The translations under genes were made by a program, and so were the position numbers. Shown here piece after piece: positions 19,248-29,274 of a stretch of 64,000 nucleotides of DNA; the stretch's first letter is position 1, and each line of letters begins with the position of its first letter. The notes under the pieces were generated by a model. It worked only from the letters and a program-made list of their open reading frames with translations. It had not been told where the DNA came from and made no database searches. This DNA is from Candidatus Eiseniibacteriota bacterium (GTDB lineage: Bacteria; Eisenbacteria; RBG-16-71-46; JABDJR01): NCBI GenBank assembly GCA_963762255.1, contig CAVXKA010000002.1:1312001-1376000 (forward strand). The letters run 5' to 3'.

Positions 19248-19288
19248 TTGTATCCTCTGGCCGGATTCGGCATCATACAAACGTATGA
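19248..19288 (+). promoter_or_regulatory. Putative near-leaderless promoter and TetR operator
   Basis: TTGTAT-17 nt-CATCAT; inverted repeat TCATAC-AAAC-GTATGA (19273-19288) spans the ATG; no SD sequence. Confidence 0.5.
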
Positions 19289-19899
19289 ATCACGAACAAC
19301 CCACCCGGGACCGCATCCTGACCGTCGCCCGGGCCCTCTTTGCCCAACGCGGCTACCAGGGGGCCTCGGTGCGGGCCATCACGAGGGAAGCCGGGGCGAA
19401 CCTGGGCGCGGTGACCTATTACTTCGGGACGAAAGAGGCTTTGTATGAGGCGGTGATCGACTCGCTGGTCGGGCCGCTGGAGGAGCGTGTGCGCGCCGTC
19501 GTAGATGGGCCGCAGCCGCCGCTCGATCGCCTCGAACGTCTCATCGCAACGCTGATCCATCACCTCAGCACGCATCCCGAGCAGGCGCCGATCATCCAGC
19601 ACGAACTCGCGCGCCAGCAGGCGCTTCCCCCGCGCGCAGGGCAATGGGTCGCGTTCCTTTTCAAAAGCCTCACCCGCCTGATCGAGGAGGGACAGGCCGA
19701 CGGGAGCATCGTCGCCGGTCCGCCCGCGCTGCTCGCATCCGCCGCGGTGGCGCAGCCGTTCTACCTCGTCATGGTCGGGCCTCACTTCGCCGAGGTGGCC
19801 GGTCTTCCCGGTCGATCCTCTCTCACCGATCCCGAGATCACCGGGCACATCTGCGGCATGGTGCGCCGCGTGCTCGCCGCTCCGCGGAGGGATTCATGA
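19285..19899 (+). CDS. TetR/AcrR family regulator (CecR-like)
   Basis: HTH motif RILTVARALFAQRGY..SVRAITREAGANLGAVTYYFGTKEAL. Confidence 0.92.
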   Translation: MNHEQPTRDRILTVARALFAQRGYQGASVRAITREAGANLGAVTYYFGTKEALYEAVIDSLVGPLEERVRAVVDGPQPPLDRLERLIATLIHHLSTHPEQAPIIQHELARQQALPPRAGQWVAFLFKSLTRLIEEGQADGSIVAGPPALLASAAVAQPFYLVMVGPHFAEVAGLPGRSSLTDPEITGHICGMVRRVLAAPRRDS

Positions 19900-21218
19900 A
19901 CGCGTTTTCTCCTCTCGTATTGCTCGCCCTCGCCGGGCTGCTCGCCGGCGGGCCGCTGACCCTCGACGAGGCCGCCCGCGCCGCCCTCGCTCACTTCCCC
20001 ACCGTTCGCGGGGCGCGCGCCGAGGCGCAGGGCACCGAAGCCGCGGTCGGCGAGCAGAAGGCGGCCCGCTACCCGAGCCTCAAGCTCAGTGGCTCGGCCA
20101 CGCGCTATGAGGAGCCGAGCATCGTCTACCCGATTCACGCGTTCGGCTTGAATACGTTCCCGCCCTTGAACCGCACCGTCTACCAGAGCGGCCTCTCCGC
20201 CGCCTACACGCTCTTCGACGGCGGCGGGCGCGGCGCGCGCGTGCGCGAAGCCGAGGGGCAGAACAGCGCCGCCGGCGCTGCGCTCGCCGGCTCCGAGCAG
20301 GAGCTGCTTGCCCAGGTCGCGGCCAAGTACGCGGAGATCCTCGCCAGGCGCGAGGTGCTGCGCGCGCACGAACGGCGCTTGGACGCGTTGCGCTCCGAGC
20401 GCGCGCGCGTCGGCAAGTTCCTCGAGGCGGGCAAGGCCGCAAAGGTCGACTCACTTCGCGTCGAAGCGGCGATGGCCTCCGCCGACGCCGAACGCCTGCG
20501 GCTCGAAGCCGATCTCGCCCTCTCCGAGCGCGATCTCACCGGCTTGACCGGCATCCCGCGCGAGCGGACCCGCGCCGGGAACCTGATCGCGGTCGCGATC
20601 GCCGACACCGCGCTCACTCCAGCGGACGCATCGATCGCGCAGGCGCTCGAAGAGAACGCCGACGTCCGCGCGGCGCGCGCCCGGGCAGCCGCCGCCGACG
20701 CCGGTGCGCGGGCCGCTCGCGGCGCCTACTGGCCGCAGCTTTCCGTGGTGGGTAACTATCAGGTCTGGAGCGATCCCGACGGTAACTCCACCGGCGAATG
20801 GAACGCGGGGCTCCAGCTCACGCAGAACCTCTTCACCGGCGGCGCGGTCTCGAGTCGCGCCGCTCAGCGCGATGCGGCGAACCGGCGCGCGGAGGAATCG
20901 GTGCGCTTGGCCCGCATCCAGACCGGACGCGGCGTGCAGGCTGCTCACGATCGCGTGCGCGAGACCGCGGCCGGCGCGCGAAGCCTGCGCGCCGCCGCCG
21001 CCAGCTACGAAGAGGTCGCGCGCATCGAAGCGCTCACCTTGCAGGCCGGCTCCGGCACGCAGACGGACTTCCTCGCCGCCGAAGCCGACCTCATGAACGC
21101 GCGCGCGAAGCTCGCCGAGGCCGAGCACGCCGAGATCGTCGCGCGCCTCGAACTCGCACGTCTCACCGGCGACCTGTCCACCGACTGGCTCGCTCGACAC
21201 CTGGAGGCAAGACCGTGA
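19896..21218 (+). CDS. TolC family outer membrane efflux protein
   Basis: Signal peptide; two OEP repeats (YPSLKL..YTLFDGG and WPQLSV..QNLFTGG). Confidence 0.9.
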   Translation: MNAFSPLVLLALAGLLAGGPLTLDEAARAALAHFPTVRGARAEAQGTEAAVGEQKAARYPSLKLSGSATRYEEPSIVYPIHAFGLNTFPPLNRTVYQSGLSAAYTLFDGGGRGARVREAEGQNSAAGAALAGSEQELLAQVAAKYAEILARREVLRAHERRLDALRSERARVGKFLEAGKAAKVDSLRVEAAMASADAERLRLEADLALSERDLTGLTGIPRERTRAGNLIAVAIADTALTPADASIAQALEENADVRAARARAAAADAGARAARGAYWPQLSVVGNYQVWSDPDGNSTGEWNAGLQLTQNLFTGGAVSSRAAQRDAANRRAEESVRLARIQTGRGVQAAHDRVRETAAGARSLRAAAASYEEVARIEALTLQAGSGTQTDFLAAEADLMNARAKLAEAEHAEIVARLELARLTGDLSTDWLARHLEARP

Positions 21219-22216
21219 ACCGCAAGAAACTCCTTCGCATCATCCCCGTGCTCGTGCTCGTGATCGCCGCGATCATCGTCGCGAGCATCCTGCGCGGCAG
21301 GGAGAACCGCGGCCCGTTGCGCGTATCGGGCACGGTGGAGGCCACCGAAGCGCGGCTCGGCTTCGAAGCCCCCGGCCGCCTGGCTGAGGTCTTCGTGCGT
21401 GAGGGCGACCGCGTCACGGCGGGACAGGTCCTCGCCCGCCTCGACACCACCGAGGTCGCCGCGCGCGTGGAGCAGAGTCGCGCGCAACAGGCGGGCGCGG
21501 AAGCACGGCTCCTGGAACTGGAGCGCGGCTCGCGGAGCGAAGAGATCGCGCAGGCGCGCGCGGAGGCCTCCGCCGCCCGCGACCGCCTGAAGCAGGCCGT
21601 GCTCGACAAGGACCGCGCACAGCTTCTCTTCGACGGCGGCGCGGTGAGCCGCGAGGTCTACGACCGCGCGGTGACGGCGCTCGACGTCGCCAAAGCGCAG
21701 GCGCAGCAGGCGGAAGAACGGCTTCTGCTGGTGCAGCGCGGCCCCCGCGAAGAGCAGATCGCGGCTCAACGCGCCGCCCTCGCCGGGGCAAGCGCTTCGC
21801 TTGAAGCCGCCGCCGCCGCGCTTGATTACATGACCGCGCGCGCGCCGTTCCCCGGCGTGGTCACAGTCCGCCATCGCGAACCGGGCGAGACCATGTCCCC
21901 CGGCAACCCCGCGATCACGATCATGAACCCCGACGATCGCTGGGTGCGCATCTACGTTCCCGAGAACCGCATCGGCCGCGTGAGCATCGGACAGGGCGCC
22001 GCCGTCGCCTCGGACAGCTATCCCGACAAGCGCTATCAAGGCGAGGTGACCTTCATCGCAAGCGAAGCCGAGTTCACCCCCAAGAACGTGCAGACCGCCG
22101 AGGAGCGCGTAAAGCTCGTGTACGCGGTCAAGGTGCGCGTGACCGGAGACGCCGCGATGGAGCTCAAGCCGGGCATGCCGGTGGACGTGGAGCTGGAAAA
22201 GGGCCCCGCATCGTGA
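21215..22216 (+). CDS. HlyD-family membrane fusion protein (YbhG-like)
   Basis: Motifs SGTVEA, VREGDRV, IASEAEFTPKNVQT, LKPGMP. Confidence 0.92.
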   Translation: MNRKKLLRIIPVLVLVIAAIIVASILRGRENRGPLRVSGTVEATEARLGFEAPGRLAEVFVREGDRVTAGQVLARLDTTEVAARVEQSRAQQAGAEARLLELERGSRSEEIAQARAEASAARDRLKQAVLDKDRAQLLFDGGAVSREVYDRAVTALDVAKAQAQQAEERLLLVQRGPREEQIAAQRAALAGASASLEAAAAALDYMTARAPFPGVVTVRHREPGETMSPGNPAITIMNPDDRWVRIYVPENRIGRVSIGQGAAVASDSYPDKRYQGEVTFIASEAEFTPKNVQTAEERVKLVYAVKVRVTGDAAMELKPGMPVDVELEKGPAS

Positions 22217-23199
22217 CCTTGGCAGCCGGCGATCCCATGGTTCGCGTGGAAGGGCTCACCCGCCGCTTCGGTGGGCTCACCGCGGTGGACGGCCTCAGCT
22301 TCGAGGTCGGACGCGGCGAGCTATTCGGCCTGGTCGGCCCCGACGGCGCCGGCAAGACCACGACACTGCGCATGCTGGCGGGCGTGCTGCGGCCGACTGA
22401 GGGCGATGCGATCGTCAACGGCACGAGCGTGGCCCGCGACCCCGAGCGCGTGAAGCACGATCTCGCCTACATGTCGCAGCGCTTCGGACTCTATGGCGAT
22501 CTCACCGTGATCGAGAACCTCCACTTCTACGCGGATCTCTACGAGGTGCCGCAGGCCGAACTGCCGCCGCGGCTCGAGCGGCTTTTCAAGTTCTCCAACC
22601 TCGGGCCCTTCCGGGACCGGCTCGCCGCGCAGCTCTCCGGCGGCATGAAGCAGAAGCTCGGCCTCTCCTGCGCGCTCGTGCACGAACCCAAGCTGCTGCT
22701 CCTGGACGAGCCCACCTTCGGCGTGGACCCGATCTCGCGCCGCGATCTCTGGCTCATCGTGCACGAAATGGTGGCGCAGGGGGTGACCGCGATCGTGAGC
22801 ACCGCCTACATGGACGAGGCCGAGCGCTTCGACCGCGTCGCGCTCCTCCATCGCGGGCGGCTGGCTGCGCTCGATACCCCGGACGCGCTGCAAGCGCGTC
22901 TCGACGACCGCATTCTCGAAATCCAGGTGGACCGCGTGCGCGAGGCGCGCGAGGTGGCGCTGCACGACCCGCGCGTGAGCCGCGCCGCGGCTTTCGGAGA
23001 CCGGCTTCATCTCACCGTCGCCTCCGCCTCGGCCGAAGCCGAACCCATGGCCCGCGCGCTGCGCGACCAGGGCTTTGCGGTCGGCGACGCCCGCCCTATC
23101 GACGCCGGCATGGAAGACGTGTTCATCGACGTGGCGTCCGAGGAGGGCGCCTCCGCCACCGCGACCGCAGGCACGCCGTCGAGGGAGCCTGCCGCGTGA
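22213..23199 (+). CDS. ABC transporter ATP-binding protein (like the N-half of YbhF)
   Basis: Motifs GPDGAGKTT, LSGGMKQKL, LLLLDEPT. Confidence 0.93.
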   Translation: MTLAAGDPMVRVEGLTRRFGGLTAVDGLSFEVGRGELFGLVGPDGAGKTTTLRMLAGVLRPTEGDAIVNGTSVARDPERVKHDLAYMSQRFGLYGDLTVIENLHFYADLYEVPQAELPPRLERLFKFSNLGPFRDRLAAQLSGGMKQKLGLSCALVHEPKLLLLDEPTFGVDPISRRDLWLIVHEMVAQGVTAIVSTAYMDEAERFDRVALLHRGRLAALDTPDALQARLDDRILEIQVDRVREAREVALHDPRVSRAAAFGDRLHLTVASASAEAEPMARALRDQGFAVGDARPIDAGMEDVFIDVASEEGASATATAGTPSREPAA

Positions 23200-24149
23200 A
23201 CTCGCCAAACCGCACCGCCGCGATCGTCGTGGATCGCCTCACCAAGCGCTTCGGGAAGTTCACCGCGGTGGATGCGGTCACCTTCGACGTGGCCGCAGGC
23301 GAAGTATTCGGCTTCCTCGGCCCGAACGGCGCGGGCAAGACGACCACGATCAAGATGCTGGCCGGGTTGGTGCTGCCGTCGGAGGGCCGCGGCACGGTGG
23401 CCGGCTTCGACATCGCCAAGGAGACCCGCGACGTCAAACGCAGCATCGGCTACATGTCGCAGCTCTTCTCGCTCTATGCGGACCTGACGGTCGATGAGAA
23501 CATCGCGTTCTTCTCCGGTCTCTACGGCGTGTCGGGCGCTCGCGCGGAAACGCGCCGCGACTGGGTGCTGGAGATGGCGGGGCTCACCGATCATCGCAAG
23601 CGCCTCACCGGCGATCTCCCCCTCGGGTGGAAGCAGCGACTGGCGCTCGGATGCGCCGTCCTCCACGAGCCGCCGGTGCTCTTCCTGGACGAGCCGACCT
23701 CCGGGGTCGACCCGATCTCGCGCCGCGCGTTCTGGGATCTCATCTACTCGCTCGCCGCGCGCGGCACGACGGTGCTCGTGAGCACGCACTACATGGAAGA
23801 GGCGGAGTACTGCCACCGGCTCGCGCTCATGAACCGCGGGAAACTGATCGCGCTCGACACACCGCGCCGCCTGCACGAAGGAATGCAAAGGCCGGTGCTG
23901 GAGATCCGCACCGACGACGGGCCGCGGGCGGCGGCGGCGCTCGCGGGACGCGAGGGCGTCCTGGAAGCGGGCCTGTTCGGCCGCCACGTGCACGCGATCG
24001 TACGGGACGCTGAGGAAGCCCGTCGCACGGTACCGGAGACGCTCGCCGCGGCGGGGATCGTGGTGCGCGGCATTGCGACGGTCGAGCCGTCTCTCGAAGA
24101 CGTCTTCATCGCCCTGGTCAAGGAGCAGGGCGGGGCGCCGGTGGAATGA
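23196..24149 (+). CDS. ABC transporter ATP-binding protein (like the C-half of YbhF)
   Basis: Motifs GPNGAGKTT, LPLGWKQRL, LFLDEPTSGVDP. Confidence 0.93.
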   Translation: MNSPNRTAAIVVDRLTKRFGKFTAVDAVTFDVAAGEVFGFLGPNGAGKTTTIKMLAGLVLPSEGRGTVAGFDIAKETRDVKRSIGYMSQLFSLYADLTVDENIAFFSGLYGVSGARAETRRDWVLEMAGLTDHRKRLTGDLPLGWKQRLALGCAVLHEPPVLFLDEPTSGVDPISRRAFWDLIYSLAARGTTVLVSTHYMEEAEYCHRLALMNRGKLIALDTPRRLHEGMQRPVLEIRTDDGPRAAAALAGREGVLEAGLFGRHVHAIVRDAEEARRTVPETLAAAGIVVRGIATVEPSLEDVFIALVKEQGGAPVE

Positions 24150-25270
24150 CGATGCTCAACCGTCGCCGGCTCCTCGCTGTGTCCCGCAAAGAGATCCTCC
24201 AACTGCGTCGTGACCGCCGAAGCCTCGTGCTCGCCTTCCTGCTTCCGGTGCTGCTTCTCATCCTGTTCGGCTACGCCATCACCTGGGACGTGGACGACAT
24301 TCCCCTGGCCGTGCTCGACCAGGATGGAAGCGCGCGCAGTCGTGAGTTCATCGACGCGTTCCAGGCTTCCGGCTATTTCTCGATCAAGGAGCGGCTGGAT
24401 CGCCCGGCGCAGGCCGACGGGGCGCTGACCCGCGGCACGGTCCTCATCGTGCTGGTGATCCCTCCCGAATTCGCCGACGATCTCTCTTCGGGGCGCACCG
24501 CCTCTGTGCAAGCCCTTGTCGACGGGAGCGACGCCAACACCGCATCCATCGCGCTCGGCTACGCGGAGGCGATCGCTCAGCGCTATTCGTCCAAGCTCTT
24601 GCTCGAGCGCCGTGAGATCCAACCGCCGGTGAGCCCCGAGATCCGCGTCTGGTACAACGAGGAACTCTCCAGCCGCAACATGATCGTGCCCGGGCTGGTG
24701 GCGGTGATCATGATGATCATCGCGGCCATGCTCACCTCGCTCACCATCGCGAGCGAATGGGAGCGCGGCACGATGGAGCAGCTCGTGGCCACGCCGGTTT
24801 CGCGATTCGAAGTCGTTCTCGGCAAGCTCCTCCCCTACCTCGTCATCGGCCTCATCGACGTGGCGGTCTGCACCGTCCTCGGCGTGCTGCTCTACGGCGT
24901 TCCGTTCCGGGGCAATCCGTTCCTCTTCGCGATCCTCTCGTTCGCGTTCTTGACCGGCGCGCTCGGGCTGGGCATCTTCATCTCCGCGGTGTCGCGCTCG
25001 CAGCTCCTGGCCACCCAGATGGCGATGGTGGCCACGTACCTTCCCGCGTTCCTCCTCTCCGGGTTCATGTTCGCGATCTCGGCGATGCCCAAGCCTCTCC
25101 AGGCGATCACCTACCTCATCCCCGCGCGCTATTTCCTGGTGGTGACCCGCGGCATCTTCTTGAAGGGAGTCGGCGTGCAGGTGCTGCACGTTCAAGGGTT
25201 GCTCATGATCGCGTTCGCGTTCCTGGGCCTCGGCCTCGCCGTGCGCGCGTTCCGCAAGGAGATCCTGTGA
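24146..25270 (+). CDS. ABC-2 permease (YbhS-like)
   Basis: Motifs KEILQLRRD, DGSDANTA, EWERGTMEQL. Confidence 0.92.
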   Translation: MTMLNRRRLLAVSRKEILQLRRDRRSLVLAFLLPVLLLILFGYAITWDVDDIPLAVLDQDGSARSREFIDAFQASGYFSIKERLDRPAQADGALTRGTVLIVLVIPPEFADDLSSGRTASVQALVDGSDANTASIALGYAEAIAQRYSSKLLLERREIQPPVSPEIRVWYNEELSSRNMIVPGLVAVIMMIIAAMLTSLTIASEWERGTMEQLVATPVSRFEVVLGKLLPYLVIGLIDVAVCTVLGVLLYGVPFRGNPFLFAILSFAFLTGALGLGIFISAVSRSQLLATQMAMVATYLPAFLLSGFMFAISAMPKPLQAITYLIPARYFLVVTRGIFLKGVGVQVLHVQGLLMIAFAFLGLGLAVRAFRKEIL

Positions 25271-26376
25271 TGAGGGACAAGGCGAGGCGCATCGCTCAGG
25301 TCGTGCGCAAGGAACTCATCCAGATCCGTCGCGACCCCCGGCTCTTGCGGCTGGTGATCGTGGCCCCCATCCTCCAGCTCGTCATCTTCGGCTATGCGGT
25401 CTCCACCGATGTGCGCGACACCGCGACCTTCGTAGTCGATCACGACCAGACCCGAGAGTCGCGCGACCTCCTCGACGCGTTCACCGCATCCGGCTATTTC
25501 AAGATCGTCGGTCGCTCGTCGCGCTCGGAGGATCTCACCGTTGCCCTCGACCACGGCCGGGCGGTGCTCGGGATCGAGATCCCCACCGGCTACGCCCGCG
25601 ATCTGGCACGCGGCGACGCGACCGTGCAGCTTATCCTCGACGGCACGAACTCGAACCTGGCCACGGTGTCCATGGGCTACGCCTCCCGCATCGTGCAGAC
25701 ACACGGCGCGAAGCTCATGACCGCCGGCGCCGCACCGCTGGAGCTGCGCAGCCGCGCGTGGTTCAACCCCGATCTATCGAGCCGCGACTACAACGTCCCC
25801 GCGGTGGTGGGATTGGTCGTGCTGCTCCTCTGCCTTCTGCTCACCTCGCTTGCCGTGGTGCGCGAGCGCGAGGTAGGCACCCTGGAGCAGCTCCTGGTGA
25901 GCCCGCTCACCGCGGGTGAACTCATCGCGGGCAAGACCATTCCCTTCGCCATCGTGGGGCTCGTCGACTTGACCCTCGTCACCGCGGTCGCCCGACTCTG
26001 GTTCCACGTCCCATTCGAGGGGAACCCGCTCCTCTTCGTGGTCGCGAGCCTGCTCTACATCCTCTGCGGTCTCGCCTTCGGCCTCTTCATCTCCACGATC
26101 TCGTCGACCCAGCGCGAGGCGTTCCTTGCCTCATTCCTCTTCTTCATGCCCACCATTCTTCTCTCCGGATTCATGTTCCCGGTGAGCAGCATGCCGACGC
26201 TCTTCCAGTGGCTCACGCTGGGGAACCCGATGCGCCACTTCCTGGTCGTGGTGCGCGGGATCTTCCTCAAGGGGGCGGGCCCCGCCGAGCTGTGGCTGCC
26301 GATCCTTGTGGTGGGAGCCATGGGAGTGGCGGTGCTGGCGGTGGCCTCGCGGCGCTTCCGGGCGATGCACGGCTGA
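25270..26376 (+). CDS. ABC-2 permease (YbhR-like)
   Basis: Motifs KELIQIRRD, WFNP, REREVGTLEQL. Confidence 0.92.
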   Translation: MRDKARRIAQVVRKELIQIRRDPRLLRLVIVAPILQLVIFGYAVSTDVRDTATFVVDHDQTRESRDLLDAFTASGYFKIVGRSSRSEDLTVALDHGRAVLGIEIPTGYARDLARGDATVQLILDGTNSNLATVSMGYASRIVQTHGAKLMTAGAAPLELRSRAWFNPDLSSRDYNVPAVVGLVVLLLCLLLTSLAVVREREVGTLEQLLVSPLTAGELIAGKTIPFAIVGLVDLTLVTAVARLWFHVPFEGNPLLFVVASLLYILCGLAFGLFISTISSTQREAFLASFLFFMPTILLSGFMFPVSSMPTLFQWLTLGNPMRHFLVVVRGIFLKGAGPAELWLPILVVGAMGVAVLAVASRRFRAMHG

Positions 26377-26416
26377 CCCGGGCGGTCCGCCCCGAGTTCC
26401 AACGCCCGCCCGCGCA

Positions 26417-26446
26417 GGCGGATTGCATTGCATCCTGCAATCCGCC
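26417..26446. repeat. 11-bp inverted repeat (possible enhancer-binding site or terminator)
   Basis: GGCGGATTGCA-8 nt-TGCAATCCGCC; no U tract; about 130 bp upstream of a sigma54 motif. Confidence 0.5.
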
Positions 26447-26575
26447 CGACCGGATCCGGCGGAAGTGACGATCTGCAACCCGCTGCGGACGCGCCCGCAG
26501 TGGCACGCTCGCAGTAACCTCAATCCCGGCGGCGGGTTAATGCATGGGCTGCGAATTGCCGATGACTCTCGAAGC

Positions 26576-26591
26576 TGGCACACTCCCTGCT
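26576..26591 (+). promoter_or_regulatory. Sigma54 -24/-12 promoter
   Basis: TGGCAC-ACTCC-CTGCT has the canonical GG-N10-GC spacing and lies upstream of the pilin gene. Confidence 0.7.
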
Positions 26592-26629
26592 CTGACTCGG
26601 GGTGGCCCTATCTCCCACTGGAGTCGCCG

Positions 26630-27004
26630 ATGAAGAACCAACGAGGCTTTACACTCATTGAATTGATGATCGTGGTGGTGATCATTGGCATCCTCGCCGC
26701 GATCGCCACGCCGAATTTCTTCTCCATGCGGGAGAACACCCGCAAGGCGTCCTGCATATCGAACCAGCGCAATATCCTGGGGGGGGCCAGCCTCTACGGT
26801 GCGGAACAGAACATCGTGGATGACGTCATCAACGTGACCGATCTCCTCCCCGGGAAGTACGTCGTGTCCCCGCTCGGGGAATGTCCGGCCAGCGATGTCG
26901 AGGACAACGACGACTACACCATCACCTTCGTCGGCGGGCGCGTCAGCGACATCGAATGCGACGTGTTGCCGGAACTGCACCACTGGGACGGCCCGGGCCG
27001 GTAG
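26630..27004 (+). CDS. Type IV pilin-like protein
   Basis: Prepilin cleavage/N-methyl motif MKNQRG|FTLIELMIVVVIIGILAAIATP. Confidence 0.9.
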   Translation: MKNQRGFTLIELMIVVVIIGILAAIATPNFFSMRENTRKASCISNQRNILGGASLYGAEQNIVDDVINVTDLLPGKYVVSPLGECPASDVEDNDDYTITFVGGRVSDIECDVLPELHHWDGPGR

Positions 27005-27056
27005 CGTCTCCGTTCCCGCGCTGCGGTATACTTCACGACGATGTGAGGTGACCGCC

Positions 27057-28067
27057 GTGAAAGTCATGATGCTCCCCCGGCCGGCGCCGGTGACCGCGCG
27101 CCCGCTCGTACTCACCAATCTCGCCGAACCCCGGCTGGAACCCGGCGATGTCCTCGTCGAGGTCTCCGCCTGCGGCGTCTGCCGCACCGACCTCCACGTG
27201 GTCGAGGGAGACCTCCCCGCCCCCGCCTACCCTATCGTTCCCGGACACCAAGCGGTGGGACACGTCGTGAAGGCGAGCTCGGAGGGAAGTCGTCTTCACC
27301 CCGGCGACCGCGTGGGAGTGGCCTGGGTCGGTCATTTCTGCGGAGTGTGCGACTACTGCGTCGAGGGGCGCGAGAATCTCTGCGAGTCTCCCACGTTCAC
27401 CGGGTTCCACCGCCACGGCGGGTTCGCGCAACGTCTGGCGGTGAGCGCGGCGTACGCGCATTCGATCCCCGATGCCCTCGGTGACGACCTCCATGTCGCG
27501 CCGCTCTTGTGCGCCGGCATCATCGGCTACCGCGCGCTCAAGCGGAGCAGGCTCCGACCCGGTCGCCGTCTGGCACTCTACGGCTTCGGCGCCGCCGCCC
27601 ACATCGCGATCCAGATCGCGCGCGCGTGGGGCTGCGAGGTGTTCGTGATCTCGCGCGACCGTGCTTCGCTGGATCGAGCCAGAGAGATGGGCGCGGCATG
27701 GACCGGGCTCTCCGGTGAGCGCCTGCCGCGCCTCGTCGATCATGCGGTGAGCTTCGCCCCGGCGGGGAGCGTCATTCCGCAGGCCCTGCGCGATCTGCGC
27801 CGTGGGGGCACGCTCTCCCTGGCCGGCATCTACGTCGATCGCGTTCCCGAACTCGATTACGAAGAGCACCTCTTCCAGGAGAAGGAACTGGTGAGCACGA
27901 CCGCCAACACCCGCGCCGATGCGCGCGAGCTTCTGGAGTTGGCCGGCCGCCTCGCGCTACACACGGATATCCAGACCTTCGCGCTGGAGGACGCCAACGA
28001 GGCGCTCCTCCGACTCAAGAACGGCACCCTCACCGCGCAGGCAGCGGTCTTGCGCATCGGGGAGTGA
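27057..28067 (+). CDS. Zinc-dependent alcohol dehydrogenase (AdhA-like)
   Basis: Motifs CGVCRTDLH, PGHQ, CGVCDYC...NLC, APLLCAG, YGFGAAAH. Confidence 0.93.
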   Translation: MKVMMLPRPAPVTARPLVLTNLAEPRLEPGDVLVEVSACGVCRTDLHVVEGDLPAPAYPIVPGHQAVGHVVKASSEGSRLHPGDRVGVAWVGHFCGVCDYCVEGRENLCESPTFTGFHRHGGFAQRLAVSAAYAHSIPDALGDDLHVAPLLCAGIIGYRALKRSRLRPGRRLALYGFGAAAHIAIQIARAWGCEVFVISRDRASLDRAREMGAAWTGLSGERLPRLVDHAVSFAPAGSVIPQALRDLRRGGTLSLAGIYVDRVPELDYEEHLFQEKELVSTTANTRADARELLELAGRLALHTDIQTFALEDANEALLRLKNGTLTAQAAVLRIGE

Positions 28068-28074
28068 GTCCCGC

Positions 28075-29274
28075 TCAGAATCGCAGGAGCGCCCCGATCG
28101 GCTCCGCCACCGGGAGAAGCGCGCGCCCCTCCTCGCTGCGCACCAGCTCGAGTCCGGCTTCCTGCACCACCGCACGCTCGAGCGCGGCGTCGACGACGTC
28201 CTCCACGGCCTCGACGGGTCCCCCGCAAGCGGGACAGCTTGGGGCGCCCGCGACGAGAAGCAGCCGGCAGTTGAGACACTCTCCCCCCGCGGCGCGATAC
28301 CGATCGTGCACGACCAGCGTCATCACCCGGCGCTCTTCGAGACGACCGAGAGCGGCGGCGAGGCCCCAAACCCCGCGGCCGGTCGAGATCCAGTTCTCCA
28401 GGCGCCGGATCGTCTCCGTTTCCTCGCGGGCCTCCACGCGCCGCTGCACGGGCTCGATCGCGGCGATGATCTCGCTCGTGGAAGCGTCGATGGCGAGCGC
28501 AAACTCCCCCGCCCATCGGCGGAGCACGTGGGCCGGCAACGCGGCGCGGTACTCCGCGAGGACCTGCGGCGATCCGCTCACCAGGAGATGGCGAGCCTCG
28601 AAGCGTTCCAGGATCATCTCGGTGGCGTGCGCCACAGCGCCCGCATGCCACATCACGTGGGCGTCGCGACTGCGACGGAAACGCAGCCGGCTCCGGCTCC
28701 CCTCATTGTGCTGATCGGGAGTCTCCTCGATGATGTCGGCCACCTCCTCCAGCGATCCAAGCTGGCTCAGGAAGAGCCGCGCGCGCTGGTTGTCCAGGAG
28801 CACCACCGCGAAGCGATCGTGCTCGTCGCGCACGCGCGCGAGCGGGCGAAGGTAGGGGCGCCGGCCGATCCTCAGTCGCGTCGGCAACGCGATCGGCAGC
28901 GAGATCGACCACCACAGCTCGCGAGCCGGGCACGAGAAGAGTGCCGCCCCCCGTCCCATCCGCGCCGCGTGCTCGCGGATCCAGCGCTCCATGCGCGCGA
29001 TCTCCGCGCGCACCACATCCGCGTCCGGGCGCGCATCGTTCGCGGCCAGCGCCACACGCGCCGCGGTCTTGAATGCGATCTCCCAGGCATCGTTGTGGCG
29101 GTTCTGCGGGCTCAGATCGAGGTAGAGGCTCACGACCGGACCCTCGTCGCAGGTCACGGCCGCCAGCTCGGCAAAGCGCCGGTGAGTAAGCACGGCCAGC
29201 GGTCCGTCGACGCCGAGATCTTCGAAGCGGGAGAGAAGCGCATCGCGTTCCTGTGGAGTCAAGGTGGCGGTCAT
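28075..29274 (-). CDS. Bacterial archaeo-eukaryotic release factor-like protein (baeRF10-like)
   Basis: Motifs VVSLYL, G.ALF, PYLRPL, Zn-ribbon CLNC...CPACG and C-terminal IGALLRF. Confidence 0.8.
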   Translation of the reverse strand: MTATLTPQERDALLSRFEDLGVDGPLAVLTHRRFAELAAVTCDEGPVVSLYLDLSPQNRHNDAWEIAFKTAARVALAANDARPDADVVRAEIARMERWIREHAARMGRGAALFSCPARELWWSISLPIALPTRLRIGRRPYLRPLARVRDEHDRFAVVLLDNQRARLFLSQLGSLEEVADIIEETPDQHNEGSRSRLRFRRSRDAHVMWHAGAVAHATEMILERFEARHLLVSGSPQVLAEYRAALPAHVLRRWAGEFALAIDASTSEIIAAIEPVQRRVEAREETETIRRLENWISTGRGVWGLAAALGRLEERRVMTLVVHDRYRAAGGECLNCRLLLVAGAPSCPACGGPVEAVEDVVDAALERAVVQEAGLELVRSEEGRALLPVAEPIGALLRF

